64,000 nt of DNA from Geosiphon pyriformis uo1. Taxonomy: Eukaryota > Fungi > Glomeromycota. Shown in pieces: positions 1 to 13,500 of this stretch. The stretch covers positions 1,312,893 through 1,376,892 of the forward strand of contig JAAOMT010000512.1 in NCBI GenBank assembly GCA_016748015.1, in the 5' to 3' direction. The notes beneath the pieces are model-generated. The model was not told where the DNA came from and ran no database searches. It was given only the letters and a program-made list of their open reading frames with translations. Made by a program: the position numbers and the translations under genes. Within the stretch, counting starts at the first letter, position 1; every line of letters starts with the position of its first letter.

Positions 1-516
1 GAAATGTTAGTTGGGTTTTGGGGATTTTCCAAGTACAATAATTAAAAAATTTGGTTTTTTCGAATTATTTGATATTTATTTCTTTTTGTGTGTATAAGAA
101 CGGTTTTAAGAGATAAATCTAAAGTAAGATACATTTTCCAGAAGAGAAAAGCTCTTCTTTTATACAACTTGTTGTAGTACTAGTTTATGAACTTGCACTT
201 TTTCTCTTTGCCCAAATTCCGGCAAACTAAAAATACATTTTGATGAGCTACAAGTTATTTTGCTGAACTATTGATTAATTTGAGTAAACTATTCATAATT
301 TCGGCGAATTTTTGAATGTTACAAAGTTCAGAGTATTGTGTAATTTGATCATCTTACTTTCTGTTATACTAATTAGATTATTTTAATTGAATCGTGATAT
401 GTGATAATTGATTAAATAATAAATGATAATTTGAAATGATATTAATATACTAATGAATTATAGGAATTATAAGGGTAATTTTATGTTAATTAATAGCTAA
501 AATTCTATTGGTAACA

Positions 517-3500
517 CCACCCAGATCTGTGAATCCTTAGTAGCCTTAAATTCCAAAAACTTGTGAGACCTATATAATTTCCTAAAATACGCCAGTGTTT
601 GTTCAACCAATACTCTGTCATAACCATTGTCCAAAGAACTTTTGAACTTTATAGCTTGATTAAAGTTCAAATCGACTCATTTATCAACTAAAGTCTAAAG
701 TCTTTCTAAATTACCTGATTTGTATACATTCAAAATTTTTGCCACTAAAAGTTCTAACTTGTGAAATCTAGAAAAAGCAGAAGTTTTGATTAATCCACTA
801 TTCCTGAACCATGTTTTCATGAGAATAGCTTCTGCTGCAGAGTGCACCATTTGACAAAGGAGTGTTCATATCCCATTGATATTATTTTTGGTGGTGTAAT
901 ATTCAAAATTACCAGCTGATATTGAAAAAGCAGCCAATAATACATCTCTAAACTTTTTCTAAACCTTATCACTAACACCACTAACTTTGTATTTCCATTT
1001 TTCTTTTGCAGCCTGTTTGTGTACCAAATTAAACTGAAAATTGAAAAAGCCCCTCAAACCAATGTCCGCTAATACTACCAAGTGGTCAAAATCAAAAAAT
1101 TCAGCCAAACAGTAAACTTTTTGGTTGAAAAACAAACTGCAAAGACCATTACTAACTAATATAAAATCTATGCACTTTTGAACACCCCTCAAATTAGACC
1201 ATGTAGAAAGTCTGTGTAAAGAAAAACCATATAAGGAATTAAACAAACTCAGATCCAGACATTTCTTGAAGCTTGCATTGCAACCAGAATCATTTTTATT
1301 AAAGTCATCACTAAGAACAATAAATATACTGCCATTTAAAACCTCAGCCATTATTGAATTGATGACATGGGAGTGAGCCAGCCTCTTTTCCAAAATGGCA
1401 TCTGTATACAAGCCCAAAACTATCAATGAAAGTTTGTTTTTGAAGAGCAATTTCACAGAAATAAGTTGACCAGACATCTCAGAAACTTTGCATATATGCT
1501 TTGCTAGAGAAGCATCCATAATTATGGCGACACCTGCACCCAAATAACCAGATTCTAAACCAGAGGTGAACACTCAAATGCCATCAAACTTATTTATAAT
1601 CCAAAGATGAACTTTGCCTTTCAACTTTGTTTCAGTAATTACAGAAATCATGTTGCCCATATTTTTGTGCCATTAAACAATATCCTCCTGTTTAGCAGGA
1701 TTGTTCATGTCCCTGACATTACACATAGCCACTTTCTATGCCAAACTACTCATTGAGAAAGAAAAAGAGCTGAAGAACCTGTACCAGAATACAGACAATC
1801 CAATCTTTCCAAAACCAAACCAATTGAAACCTCAAAAGCTACCATTTTTGATTCTAATCCACTCACCTTGAAGATCAAAACCTTAGAAAAACTCGAGCTA
1901 GAATTATGGACTATGTCATCCACAGCTGAGAGAGGAAGAGCAGAAGCCAATGTCATATCATCCAAAACCATATCCACATTCAAATGTGGCACCAAAAAAG
2001 TAAGAGTGGACAGAGAAGGAACACTAGAAGAGGTCACTGTAGATTTCAGTTTCATGCCACTTAATTTTTTTAATATACCAGACACTTGATCTGTCAAAAG
2101 CTCTAAGAAGCATTCCAAAGTGGCCAAATGAGCATTCAAAGAAGAAATGTTGGCTGAAGTGAAAAGAGAACCACTGTTTGAATCTGAGGCACCAGAAAGA
2201 GGAAGGCTAGAACTAGAACCAAAACTGAAATGAAAACCACCAGAAGGACCAACAAGTGTGACCACCTGGGCCCAAGATTTGCCATCAAAGGCAGCAGAGT
2301 AAGATATTGGAACACTTTTCTTTTCATACAACTTAGCCAACTGAAGACAACATTCATCAGATGCAATCTTTTTAAATGTTCTTAAAGGCTTAGGTGGGGA
2401 TGCAACAGATATATCATATTCTATAGCAGAATAACCAAACTTTCCACATTTTTCACACCAAACCAGATTCATCCTTGCCCAAAAATGTTTAAGACCACCA
2501 AAAATTGGCTCCGTGTGAAAGGCAGACTCCAGATCATCATCAGATTCAAAATCGACTACAGCACAACAAATCCTATTACCAGTTTCCAGAGATCTGTTTA
2601 TAATGCAAGTTTTCCCACCAGCCCTATCTAAAAGAGTTCCAAAATCATGTGCTGTTGTTCCCACTGGCAAAGTAAACAAAAGCGCTCTGAATGGATCTCT
2701 TAATGCCCAAGTCTCATGATCTTCCACTGCTTTGGCTACATGCACAGAATCCTTACCAATCAGAAATGACCACTTAGAGGCTAATAAATCAGTTTGGCTT
2801 AATTCAGCAAACTTCACCACAGTTTTTTGCCACATCCTAATCAGTTGAATTTTGATTAACTTAATTTTCCCAAATTCGAATATTGCAGTGATGATCATAT
2901 TTTTAGGTGTGTTCATGGGAATTTTCTTAATTACCACAGCCCAATCTGACCTCATTCCTTGTCTCTTAAGATCATTGTTTACGTTAATCCCCTTTTCTCT
3001 GGCCAATAATACGGCCATTTCTATGCTCTTTTCTGAAGTAAATGTCAATCGGATGATTTCTTTAAATTTTGAGGAGGTAGTGGCCCCTCCAAAACCATTG
3101 ACTGATGAAAAAATTTTTCTGATGTATTAAGTTTTTGCTATTGCAGATTTTTTTTCAACAGCACTAAAATTGATGTCAAGAGCAAAAAACTTTTTGACAG
3201 AAACTTCAATTTGAGATTTGACAATTTTTGGGTCAACCCATTTTTTTTCAAGAGAGATTTTAAGAAAAGAAGGGAGGGGCACATCATCTTCATCCATTCC
3301 ATAATCAATTAAGCCAAGAGGGGAGCCACAAACCAGATTGGAAGTTGCTTTTCTAGCTTTAGGGGTGTTCATTACTGAATCAAAGAAAGAACCATCACCA
3401 GCACCAAGAAAAATATCATCATCTTCACTATTACCAGATACACTGTCCATATCCGAATACACATCATGATTAGGATCAGGTTTGACCAAAGAAATATCTT

Positions 3501-3700
3501 TTTCATCTTCAAAGTGTTTGACATTACCAACAGAAACCCTTTTCTTTTGAAAAAAAAAATTCCCAACAGGACCATGAAGAACCCCTATGAGCACCTTTTT
3601 TTTAGACATAGTACTACCTGAAACAGCAGCCAGGTTTACCACAAAAGAATTATTTGATTGAAAAATGTTTGCAAGAGACAGTAAGAAAAAATAAAAAACT
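517..3700 (-). mobile_element. Degenerate LINE (non-LTR retrotransposon), 5' part: ORF1 plus the APE endonuclease region of ORF2, interrupted at ~517
   Basis: ORF1 pieces 3127-3642 and 1750-3048 are in frame across a TAA and contain a decayed zinc knuckle (CEKCGKFGYSAIEY). ORF2 starts at ~1753; 959-1573 has APE motifs (GVAII, LSDDFN, TWSN, IDFILVS, FDH). Clearly homologous to the element at 38560-45270. Confidence 0.9.
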
Positions 3701-3799
3701 TCTTTTTCAAAAAAATGCTTTTTGGGGTTTTTTGGAAATAAGAGAGAAAAAAATTTTTATAATGTATATTGTATTGTATTAAATAACAGTTTTGTATTT

Positions 3800-4800
3800 T
3801 GAAAATAGTATTTAAAAACATTTTTTGTGTTTGAAAACATTAAAATTACTATTGATAAAATTGTAAATTTAAGTATAGATTAAAAATAATCTATTATAAA
3901 AAAATATAATTAGTTTATTCTAAATATAAAACATTTTTAAAAAAAGTAATTTAGTTTTTTGTAATAGTTTTTTGTCTTTTGTTGTTATTGATTTGTTATT
4001 TTTGTTTTTTAGTAATATTATAAAAATGCTTAAAATTGTTAAAAATTTTGATATCTGTTTTGGAATATATAAGTTTTGTTTATTTTTTTTAGGAATTAAT
4101 AATATTGTTAATATTAAAATAAAATTATAATATTGTCTTAATTGGTTTAAATAACTAATTATATGTAAACAATACATAATTTATATTTAGTTTAGATTAT
4201 TTAGTTTGGTATATTGTATTAAGTTATATTTAAGTTTTACTTATTAAATAAATAAAATAAAAAAATTATATTTTTGTAAATAAAAAAATTATTAATATAA
4301 AAACTAATAATTTTTAATAATTTAAAGTCTATTTTTTTACAAAAATTATTAACTATAAACTTTTTAATAAAATAATATAAATAAAAAAAATAATAATTTA
4401 AAAAATAATTTTTTACAAACTTAATTTTATCTATTAAAATTAGTAATTAATTAATTAATTAAAAATAGGTAATTTCAAAAAATAATAATTATAAACAAAT
4501 ATAATTATTTAAATAAAAATCTATTTTTATTAATTAGTAATAATTATATTAATTTAAAAAATATAATTAAATATAAAATATATTTTTTTAAACAAAAAAA
4601 CTTTTTCTATGTATTTAATTATATACTATTTTAAATTTTAATATTTTTTTTATTAATATTTTTTATTTTGTTAAATAATTAAGTATTTTGCTAAATTTTT
4701 AAATATTTCTTAAATATTATAAAGTTTAAAGTATTGTATAATTTAATTATTATATTTAATTATACTTAAATATTATATAAATTAAATTATTAATTAAATA
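3800..4800. other. AT desert, probable hypermutated transposon relic
   Basis: Very few G/C, continuous with the LINE 5' end; no credible ORF. Confidence 0.6.
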
Positions 4801-4801
4801 A

Positions 4802-5295
4802 GTTGTGGTTAGCACGGCTCTGTGTAAAGGTTTTGTTTTTAATGATTGGTACCATGAATCAGTTGCTGTTTTTAAGGATTCCAAAATGGTGGCTCTGACT
4901 GTCGTGGACTTTGTGTGTAAATTTTGTCTTGCTTTTTGGGAGGAGGTTTGGTTAGTTCATGCCAAACACAGGTCTCTTATAGAAAGAAATGGTTTAATTC
5001 CACGTAATAGTTCTCTTCTTCTTCCTGTTATAGGCCTCTCTAAGTTACTTTCGGCTGGTGTGGTTAAGTTATTAAGTATTGCTGATGCCTTTGGTATTAA
5101 CTTTGGGTTTTATAAATCTTGTCTGTTTTTTTCTGGTGTAGGTAATATGATTTCTGTTCATATAGATGTCTAGTATTGTTCTGATTAGCTCGAGTGGCTG
5201 GTCACGTGTAAAAAATGCATGATTCACACCTAGTTTAGATCATTTGCATGATGTATAGTACTAAGTAGCATTTGGACTTCACTCATTAAAAAAAT
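4802..5295 (+). mobile_element. 5'-truncated LINE 3' fragment (ORF2 C-terminus, 3' UTR, A-rich tail)
   Basis: ORF 4805-5173 (KGFVFNDW...VWLVHAKHRSLIE...GINFGFYKSCLFFSG) aligns with ORFs 38677-39054/39002-39391. 3' UTR gctggtcacgtgta...cctagtttagatca...ttggacttcactcattaaaa matches the reverse complement of 38560-38676. Confidence 0.92.
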
Positions 5296-6314
5296 TAAAA
5301 ATTAAAAATTAAATAATAATAATTAATAATTGGTTAAATAATAAGTAATAAAATATAAAATCACAATATATATTAATTAATAATAAAAATTATAAAAGTA
5401 ATTTTATGTTTTTAATAATTTAAATTTTGTCTAATAGCTTTAAAATAAACTTTAAATAATAATATAAAAATTAAATTAGTCTTTAAAAAAAATTTTATAA
5501 CAGATTTAAATAAAAAACACTTATAAAATTTTTAAAAAACATTATTATTTTAATATAAAAACCATAAAAATTCTCAAAATTAATTGTAATTTAAATTAAA
5601 TTTTAGATATTTGTATAGCAAAAAATTAATTTTATAATAATAGCTAAATTTAGTAAATTATATTACTATTTAAAAATTATATTATTTAATAATTTAAATA
5701 AATTAATATAAAAAAGCAAATACAATTATTAAATTTTTAAAATATGGTTTTTAAAAAACAATTTTAAATAAATAGTTTACATATTCGGTTTTTTTAATAT
5801 TATATTTTATTATAAATATTGTATTTAAATTGAATTTTAAAACTAAATATATTAATTATTGATGTTATTTATATTAATTATTCTATTTTTAAAATAAATT
5901 ATTAATATACTTATTGATTTAATTATTAATTTGATTATTAATCTAATTATTAACTGAATTATTAATTTTTTTGAAAATATATGAACAAAACTTTTTTAAG
6001 TTATAAAAAAGTATTTATATTTAAATTTATACTTAGATTAAATAATTTTAAATTATAATTATTTTCTTAATTACAAAATTAATACAATAATTTTAACTTA
6101 TTTATGTTCTTAATCTTATTTTTTTTAATTTGTATATTGTTAATTTTTATAAAACATATTAAATAAATATTTACTAAAAAATACAAATAATATTTGTTAT
6201 TAAATTATAAAAGTGTTAATATAAAAAATATAATTATAACAAAACATTTTTGGTAAAATTATATTAAATTTTGGGTTTTATAAATTTAATTATAGTGAAA
6301 AATACATTGTTATA

Positions 6315-6400
6315 AAGTAGTTTTGATTAATCTGGGTAATTAATCACATATAAAAAGTGCATGACTTATGTCTATTATTGAATATGTACATGTATATGTA
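6315..6400 (+). mobile_element. Heavily decayed LINE 3' UTR remnant
   Basis: tgattaatctgggtaattaatcacatataaaaagtgcatgacttatgtcta aligns to tgattagctcgagtggctggtcacgtgtaaaaaatgcatgattcacaccta (5182-5232), almost entirely by transitions. Confidence 0.65.
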
Positions 6401-7414
6401 TAATAAAGTAAAGAAATAAACAACTATAATAAATAAAGCATTTAAAAACATTAATTTGAATCTTATATAATTATTTTATTATTGAAATATTATTTAATCA
6501 AACATTTATTTATGTATTTTATTTTTAAAATCTTAAATAAATCATTGTTAAGAAATTAATCAATTGTACAAGACCACATTCTCTCATTTGAATACTTATC
6601 CTCCCTCAACTTCTAAAGCAATAGGAAAATTGGATGGATTAGCCAATTAGCAGAATAACATGACATATCACCAGCCGTCGTAAACTTTTCTCCTCTGTTA
6701 CTTTTTCTGAGTTTAACGGTTGATTGAATCCGAGGTCACGCGATATTTAATTTATCAGAATGATAAGTATTTGCGCATGTCTACATGTTAGATAAACACC
6801 ATACTCGAATGTTTCAGCATTTTTGTATAATTTCATAGATTGAATAGCTTCTCACCCTTATTAATGAACATAGCTCCTGAATATTTATATATCAAAAGTG
6901 AAAAAATGAAAAAGTATAATAACAAATAATAATAATAATAATAACATTGATTACCTTTCCAATGTGATTTCTTCTTAAATTTTATTGCTACTTCCTATAT
7001 ATTTTATATTTACTTCTTTTATATTCCATTTTACCCTACTCCACTCATCAATCCATCAATATAGGTTGGCTGAACACCAATTATTCTTATTGATACTCAG
7101 GGCACTCGTTACTATCATGAGTTTTTGGTTTCCATGGTGTGGGTGCGTTATTATGTTTTCAATAAATAGCATTTTAAAAAGGAGTGTTTCTTTTTAAAAG
7201 CTTTTATTGATAGTATGTTTAGAAAGTAATATTTAAAAGGCGGAGTTCGTATTTATGCTGTTTCTCCATCAAAGTATTATTAGCTATAATCTTTTAAAAC
7301 GGGTTTAACTATTAAGACGAATCATCATAAATTAAAATTTTAAACTAGCATTGTTTATCTGATCTTATCCCCAATACTATAAATCATACAACTTTAATAC
7401 TTTCTTTCATTGAT

Positions 7415-8920
7415 ATGACTTACCCAATGCTCGAACTTTTTATTTGGGGTTCTAGCTGGGATCTACCTTCAATAGATCCTGCCTGTCTAGCTATAATTAC
7501 ATGCTTACAAATATTTTTTTCAGATGAGTGGGGGGTGATTGAGTGCAATAACCCTGGCTTGTCACCAACTGGTTTGTCTACTTTGGGATTCTCCTCCCAC
7601 TACCTTCATTGACTCACCTAAGCCTCCCTGATTCAATAGGGGAATTGCCAGTGCTGAAAGATGGAAATGAATGGTTCGCCGGGTTTGATAACATTATAAA
7701 ACATTTAAGCAAAAAGGTATACAAAGTAAAGTGAATCCGCATTGGGTTTTTTACCGAAAATCCAAATCCAAATCTTATATTTAATCACAGGGTCTAGAAG
7801 CAAATCAGGATTTGACAGCTCAACAGAAAGCTGAAAGCGCTGCGTACGTGTCGCTTCTCTTTTGATGTAAAAGTTTTTAACTTTTGACTAAAATATTTTT
7901 TAAAATTGTTTCAGATTCTCTGCACTAATGCAGAACTTTCTGTACGATGCCATCGTACGTATATATTGAGTTGGGGTATTGAATTGAACACACCGATTTA
8001 TTTTTTCAGCTTTTCACTAAGAAAAACATCCAATAAAAGATCTTTGAGTGGTATTGCGATTTAAAAAACTTTGTCCAAGCTATCAGGCCTTTGTACGGAA
8101 AGCTACTTCCCTTAAGTGTTCGATATGTTTTTCCTATACAAGCGCGAAACAATGCCAAGGCCAGATTAGGGAAATATGGGATACCGGACAAAGGAGAGCC
8201 AAACATAGCCGTTGACCAAAATCACAAAGTTTGAACCTTTTTGATATTACTATGGCCTTAGTTTTAGATGTTTTATTACTAATTTTCGCGGTGGCCTTTA
8301 GATTTATAAATCCATCAGACGAACTTACACAACATTGGACCAGAAACTCGGGGAGCAGGATTATTTTTTTGGGAGTTCGTGAGTAGAATTATTCCAAATT
8401 TATTACAATCAACATTCCTTAGTAATCCATTCTAATCATCAATATCAGTCCAACGATTTCGGATGGAATTGCCTATGGTTATCTCGCACTCCATTTGTAC
8501 CCAGACCTTCCCAATCCAACTTTATCGAATATTCTCAAGACTGAATTTCCACAATTATCGCAATTTTGTGACCGCATGAGAAACAAATCCTCTCAAAAGC
8601 CGCTGACAAAACTAACAACCTCTAATCTCCCATCATTGTTTTCAATTTTTCTGTCGCCACGAGAATGGTTTGTCAACAGTTATTGGAACCCCGCAAAAAA
8701 AGAAAAACCCAAGGAGGAAAAATCACCTGCTCAAATTGATTTTGAAAGAAAAAGAGTAATTGCAATTACTGGGGCAATGTTGTTGATGGTTGGTTATATT
8801 ATATGGAATGGCATCATATCAATAGAAATCACAGAAGTAGAAGAGGACGATAATGATGACGAGACTAATGATGTAAATTCTCTGGAAAAGCTAGAGGATG
8901 AAGGGTCCGACAACAAATAA
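7415..8920 (+). CDS. SAM37: Sam37/Tom37 (metaxin-1-like) mitochondrial outer-membrane SAM complex subunit, about 7 exons
   Basis: Spliced translation LELFIWGSSWDLPSIDPACLA...NPGLSPT|GELPVLKDG...|...LDQKLGEQDYFFGS|PTISDGIAYGYLAL...FPQLSQFCDRM shows metaxin GST-like N and C motifs. C-terminal hydrophobic anchor (VIAITGAMLLMVGYIIWNGII). GT-AG introns, e.g. 7572-7639. Confidence 0.9.
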
Positions 8921-9161
8921 GGAAAGTTGGCAATAGATACAATATGAGTTTTGTAATCATCTAATTTGCCAAGAAACTTGGAAAGCTCAATATTTAGATA
9001 CATACGCTGAATGTTAAAGTTTGCATTTTATAATCGATTGCATCTTGATACCACTAAGGTCAAAAGCAATTATTTGGTTCTTTGAAACTTTAGAGCAACA
9101 ATAAACAATATACAATATTCTTCAACCTTAAAATAAAACTTCGCGAGACAAATTGGCAGGC

Positions 9162-9858
9162 TTAATGATGATGTCCTGCGTCTCCATCCTCTGGACCATC
9201 ATAGTTCAATTTGTATACAGATCCACATTCTGGGCATCGGTCGAATTCATGGCTACGTTCAAGTCTCAACCAAAGAATATCATGAGAATCAGCCGGAAAA
9301 CCTGAAAATAACCCAATTCAGTTGGGAATACTTTCGGATCTTTGATTATAACAATGGTTTCAGAACCAACCAGTGCACCCGAAAAGCCTGAAACTCTCAG
9401 AACTCCGGACGATAATTGGATCAGCTTTAGTGCCCAAATGGTCAACTTTTAGAGGTGATAAGTCCCATAACTCCCTCCCTTCCAATGCTGCTAGAAGTTC
9501 AGCACGTTCGGGACCAGTGGCTTGTTCAAGTCCGGTAGGGATAGTACCAGGCTTGGCACCCGGTCCAAATCTATCTTTGACAAGTTCTACGAAATAGGAG
9601 AATTTAAGGGGCTAATTTGCTGGGCAGTTTGGAAAGTTACTGGCAACACAGCACAAATGCGTTGGCCTTATTCTTTGACTGCTCACCATGTGTCTCCTTG
9701 CTATTGGTAGATTGCCGAGCTCCCAATATTGAAAACTCTCGAAAAACTTTAGAACTCTTCCTTTGGCGTTTCACAAAAGTCCTTGCAACGGAACCTGTTG
9801 CAGATCTTAAGTGAAAAGCTCCTAAAGCTGTTGTACGTCGAAGACTAAGAGAAAGCAT
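9162..9858 (-). CDS. COX4: Cytochrome c oxidase subunit IV (fungal Cox4 / COX5B family), 3 exons
   Basis: Arg/Ser-rich presequence; GPGAKPGTIPTGLEQATGPERAELL; GTKADPI; GCTG|FPADSH...RCPECGSVYKL carrying the zinc ligands; stop at 9162-9164. Confidence 0.95.
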
Positions 9859-10129
9859 AATTTTAAAGTAGGATAGGAAATTATTCGAAATCCTTATTTA
9901 ATATCATCAGACCATAAAAGGTTATCGTGATTGGCTAGCTTTCCTGTTTTAGAAAGTATTTCCTCGACCACAGCATTAAAAATCTTGAAATTTAAATTAA
10001 ATTTTCATCATCATATTTTTGTAGGAAAACTCACTTTTATATACTAAAAAAGTTCAATTAAAAATTTTTTATTAAATATCATTGTTTGCTAAATTAAATT
10101 TTTTATGTAATGTTATTTTTTTATTGTAT

Positions 10130-10520
10130 TAACAAGTGTGACCTAAAGTTATACAACATACAAGCTATAACCAGTTATTCAGGCTGATTAAAACTACACT
10201 ATACTCCCAAAAGGCCTTATACTATCAAGTAAACAACAATCACAGATAAAAACATTAAAAACCATGTAATTAACAGCATTTATACTAAAATAAATCAACA
10301 AACTTCTAAAAAAACTATTCATGTAAACATTTATTACATTAAAACAATATAATAAACCAGTAATATTAAGAATTATTAACTTTTTAAACTTAGTTTTTAA
10401 TTTTGCATTAGAAAACCAAATATGTTTATAATAATTGAATGTCAAACTATACATTAAGCCAAGAATATTTATAGTTGTCATTTTAAAAACAAAAAAAGCT
10501 TTACAAATTTAACATATTAT
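10130..10520 (-). mobile_element. Decayed LINE 3' end (related family) grading into AT desert
   Basis: The minus strand after the ORF 10194-10481 stop reads ttttaatcagcctgaataactggttat, matching the LINE 3' UTR hairpin region (ctaattggtctgaatagctggtcat in the 38.6 kb copy). G+C falls progressively to the right. Confidence 0.6.
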
Positions 10521-13500
10521 GTTTTAAACATCAAATTTTTTATTAATATTATGTAAATATTATTATTATTTTTGGTTTAAATTAACAATTATAATATTAA
10601 AAACAAAACAACCATAATATTAAACAAAAACTTTTATCTATGTATATATTTATTAAAAATAAATAACTTATTAACCAAGTTAAATATATATAAAAATACA
10701 TAATTAGAATTTTTTTTAATATAATTAATATTTAAATAATAAAGATTATACAATTTTTTTTAACAATAATTAATAATTTTTAATTATAAAATTTTTATTA
10801 AATACATATACAAATTAGTTATTTTTTAACTAATAAAACCAAATTTAAAACTTTTATTAAAATAATATATAATTATAAATTTAAATTCTATATTTTAAAT
10901 TAATATTATGTTAATAAAAATTACAAAAAATTTTCTATTAAAAATAATTAAAATTATTATATAATATTTTAATAAGATAATAAATATTGTTAAATATTTT
11001 TATATTATTTATTTTAATAATTTTTTTTAATATTTAATAATAAACAATATTTAAAAGCAAAAGTTTTATTAATTAACATTAATTATTATATTTTTAACAA
11101 TATTAAAATGTTTTTTAACTTTAGATTAATTTACAATTTTTTTTTAATAATATTAATTATATAATTATATATTAATTTAATATTGTTTTAAAAATTAAAC
11201 AATTCTTTTATTATTTTAGATTTATAATAATTTAAAACTGTTTAATTATTTAAATATATATTAATAACACTAATTTAAATACATAATTTAAAACCAAAAC
11301 AATAATATAGAATTTAATTAAAATAGATAATAAAATACTAAACATATCAATTTTAATACTTAAATTTTAATTAAAGAAAAAATTATTTGTAGAAATTATA
11401 TTACTAAAGTCTTTACATTAATTAATTAATAAAAATTTAAAAATAATTAAAAATCAAACTTATTTAATATATAAAAAACTATTTTATTCTAATATGTTTT
11501 AACAAATTAATTAAAAACTAATTTTTTAAAATTAAATTTTTTTTGTTAATAAAAAGTTTTAATTATATAACTTTTATTAAACACAAAACTTTATGTATTT
11601 ATTTATACTATTATATATTTTTAAATTTATAAAACACAGTTTTTGCAAATATTTTATTAGCAAAAAAAACAATAATACTTTTTAATTTAAAAATTTAAAA
11701 AGTTATTTAAATTAAGCTTAATTAAAACTAAATTATAATTGTTATTAAAAAAAACTAATATTTTATTTTGTATTATATTTATTAAAATTTTTTTTTATTA
11801 TAATTATTAATCTAATTTTTAATTTGATTATTGACTTAATTATTAATTTTTTTAGTAATTATATAAGTAATAAATTTTTCAATTATAAAAAAACTTAAAA
11901 TCTAAATATTAAATACAATAATATATATTTAATATATTTTTTATATTACTTAATTTTTTTTCCAATTTTCTATTTTTAATAATTTAAATATGTGTAAATA
12001 AAAGATTACTTATTGATATTTACATTTTTGATTTTTTTGATTTGTAATATTAAAATTAACTTAAAATACAATAATATTTGTTATTAATATTAAAAATTAT
12101 TAATTAAGATATAAAATAATAATAGTAATATTATTTTGTAATAATTACAAACTATTTTTTTATCTTTAAATTTTTTAGAAAAAATTAAATAATTATAATT
12201 TTAAAACCAATTATATATATATTATATTTTTATAAATTTAATTTATTTTTTTGATTATTTCTATTATTTTTAATAGTTTTTTTTGTTATTTATTAAGTCA
12301 AATTTATAGTATAAAATTTAATTATTAAAATAAACAACTTATAATTAAACAAAAATTTAATCAGCAAAAATTTATTAATAATTTATAAAAAAAACAAAAC
12401 TTTAAACTCAAATTAGTATTATAAATCTTTTTTATTTATTAAATTAAAATTACATTTAAAAAAATTTTTTTTTTTTTTTATAATAATTTAATTTAATTTT
12501 AATATTAACAATTATTTTATTTTTAAAAAAAACCAATAATTTTTATTAAAGATTAAAATTAAAGCAAAAATTTGCAAAAAAAATGACAACAACAAAATTT
12601 AATATTATAAAAAAAACATAAATCTAATTAGAATATTAACTTAATTAATAAACAACTCTAAATTTTTTTAAGTTTAAATATATAAAAAACCAAAAAAAAT
12701 ATTATTAATATTTTTACCAATTATTTAAGCTTAAAATTTTTTATTAAATAGAATCAAAAAACTAATTAAAACAATTTTTTAATATAATAAAATACAATTT
12801 AATATTATTTAATATTTTTTAGATCAAAAAAAAATATATTAACAGAATTATTTTTTAAAATAATTTAATAAAAAAATTAGAAATTATATATTTAAAAAAA
12901 TTAAGCTTAGCTTATATTTTAAGTTTTTTAAAATAAAAACTTAATTTAATATAATTTTTTTTAATTTAAAACAAACTATAATATATTAAAATTTTGTATA
13001 AATAACCAAATTACAATTAATAATACAAGTTTTTTTACTTATAAAATTTAAAATATTATTAAAATTATAAACATAAATATTTATTAACAATATATATAAC
13101 AAAATACAATATTTTTTTTTATTTATGATTTTTTGTTTATATTAATCTTAATAATATACATATTTTTTTAATAAAATAAATTATATTAATATAATACAAT
13201 TAATTTTGTTTTAATTTAGTGAATTTTATTATTAAACTTAAATAATACAATAATTATCAATAACAAATACAAATTTTTTTTAAGTAATAAAAAATTAGCA
13301 ATAACTATTTTTAATAAAAACAAAAATAAATTTATTATTATTTTATAATAATTTTATTTGGTAAATTAAAATTTATTCTTTTAAAAAAATTTATTATAAT
13401 AAAATATTTTTTAAATATTATAATTATTAAATTATTTATATAAATTTTTGATGTTTTTTTATTTATTAATTTTAGCTGTTTTATTTTTATTTATATTATT

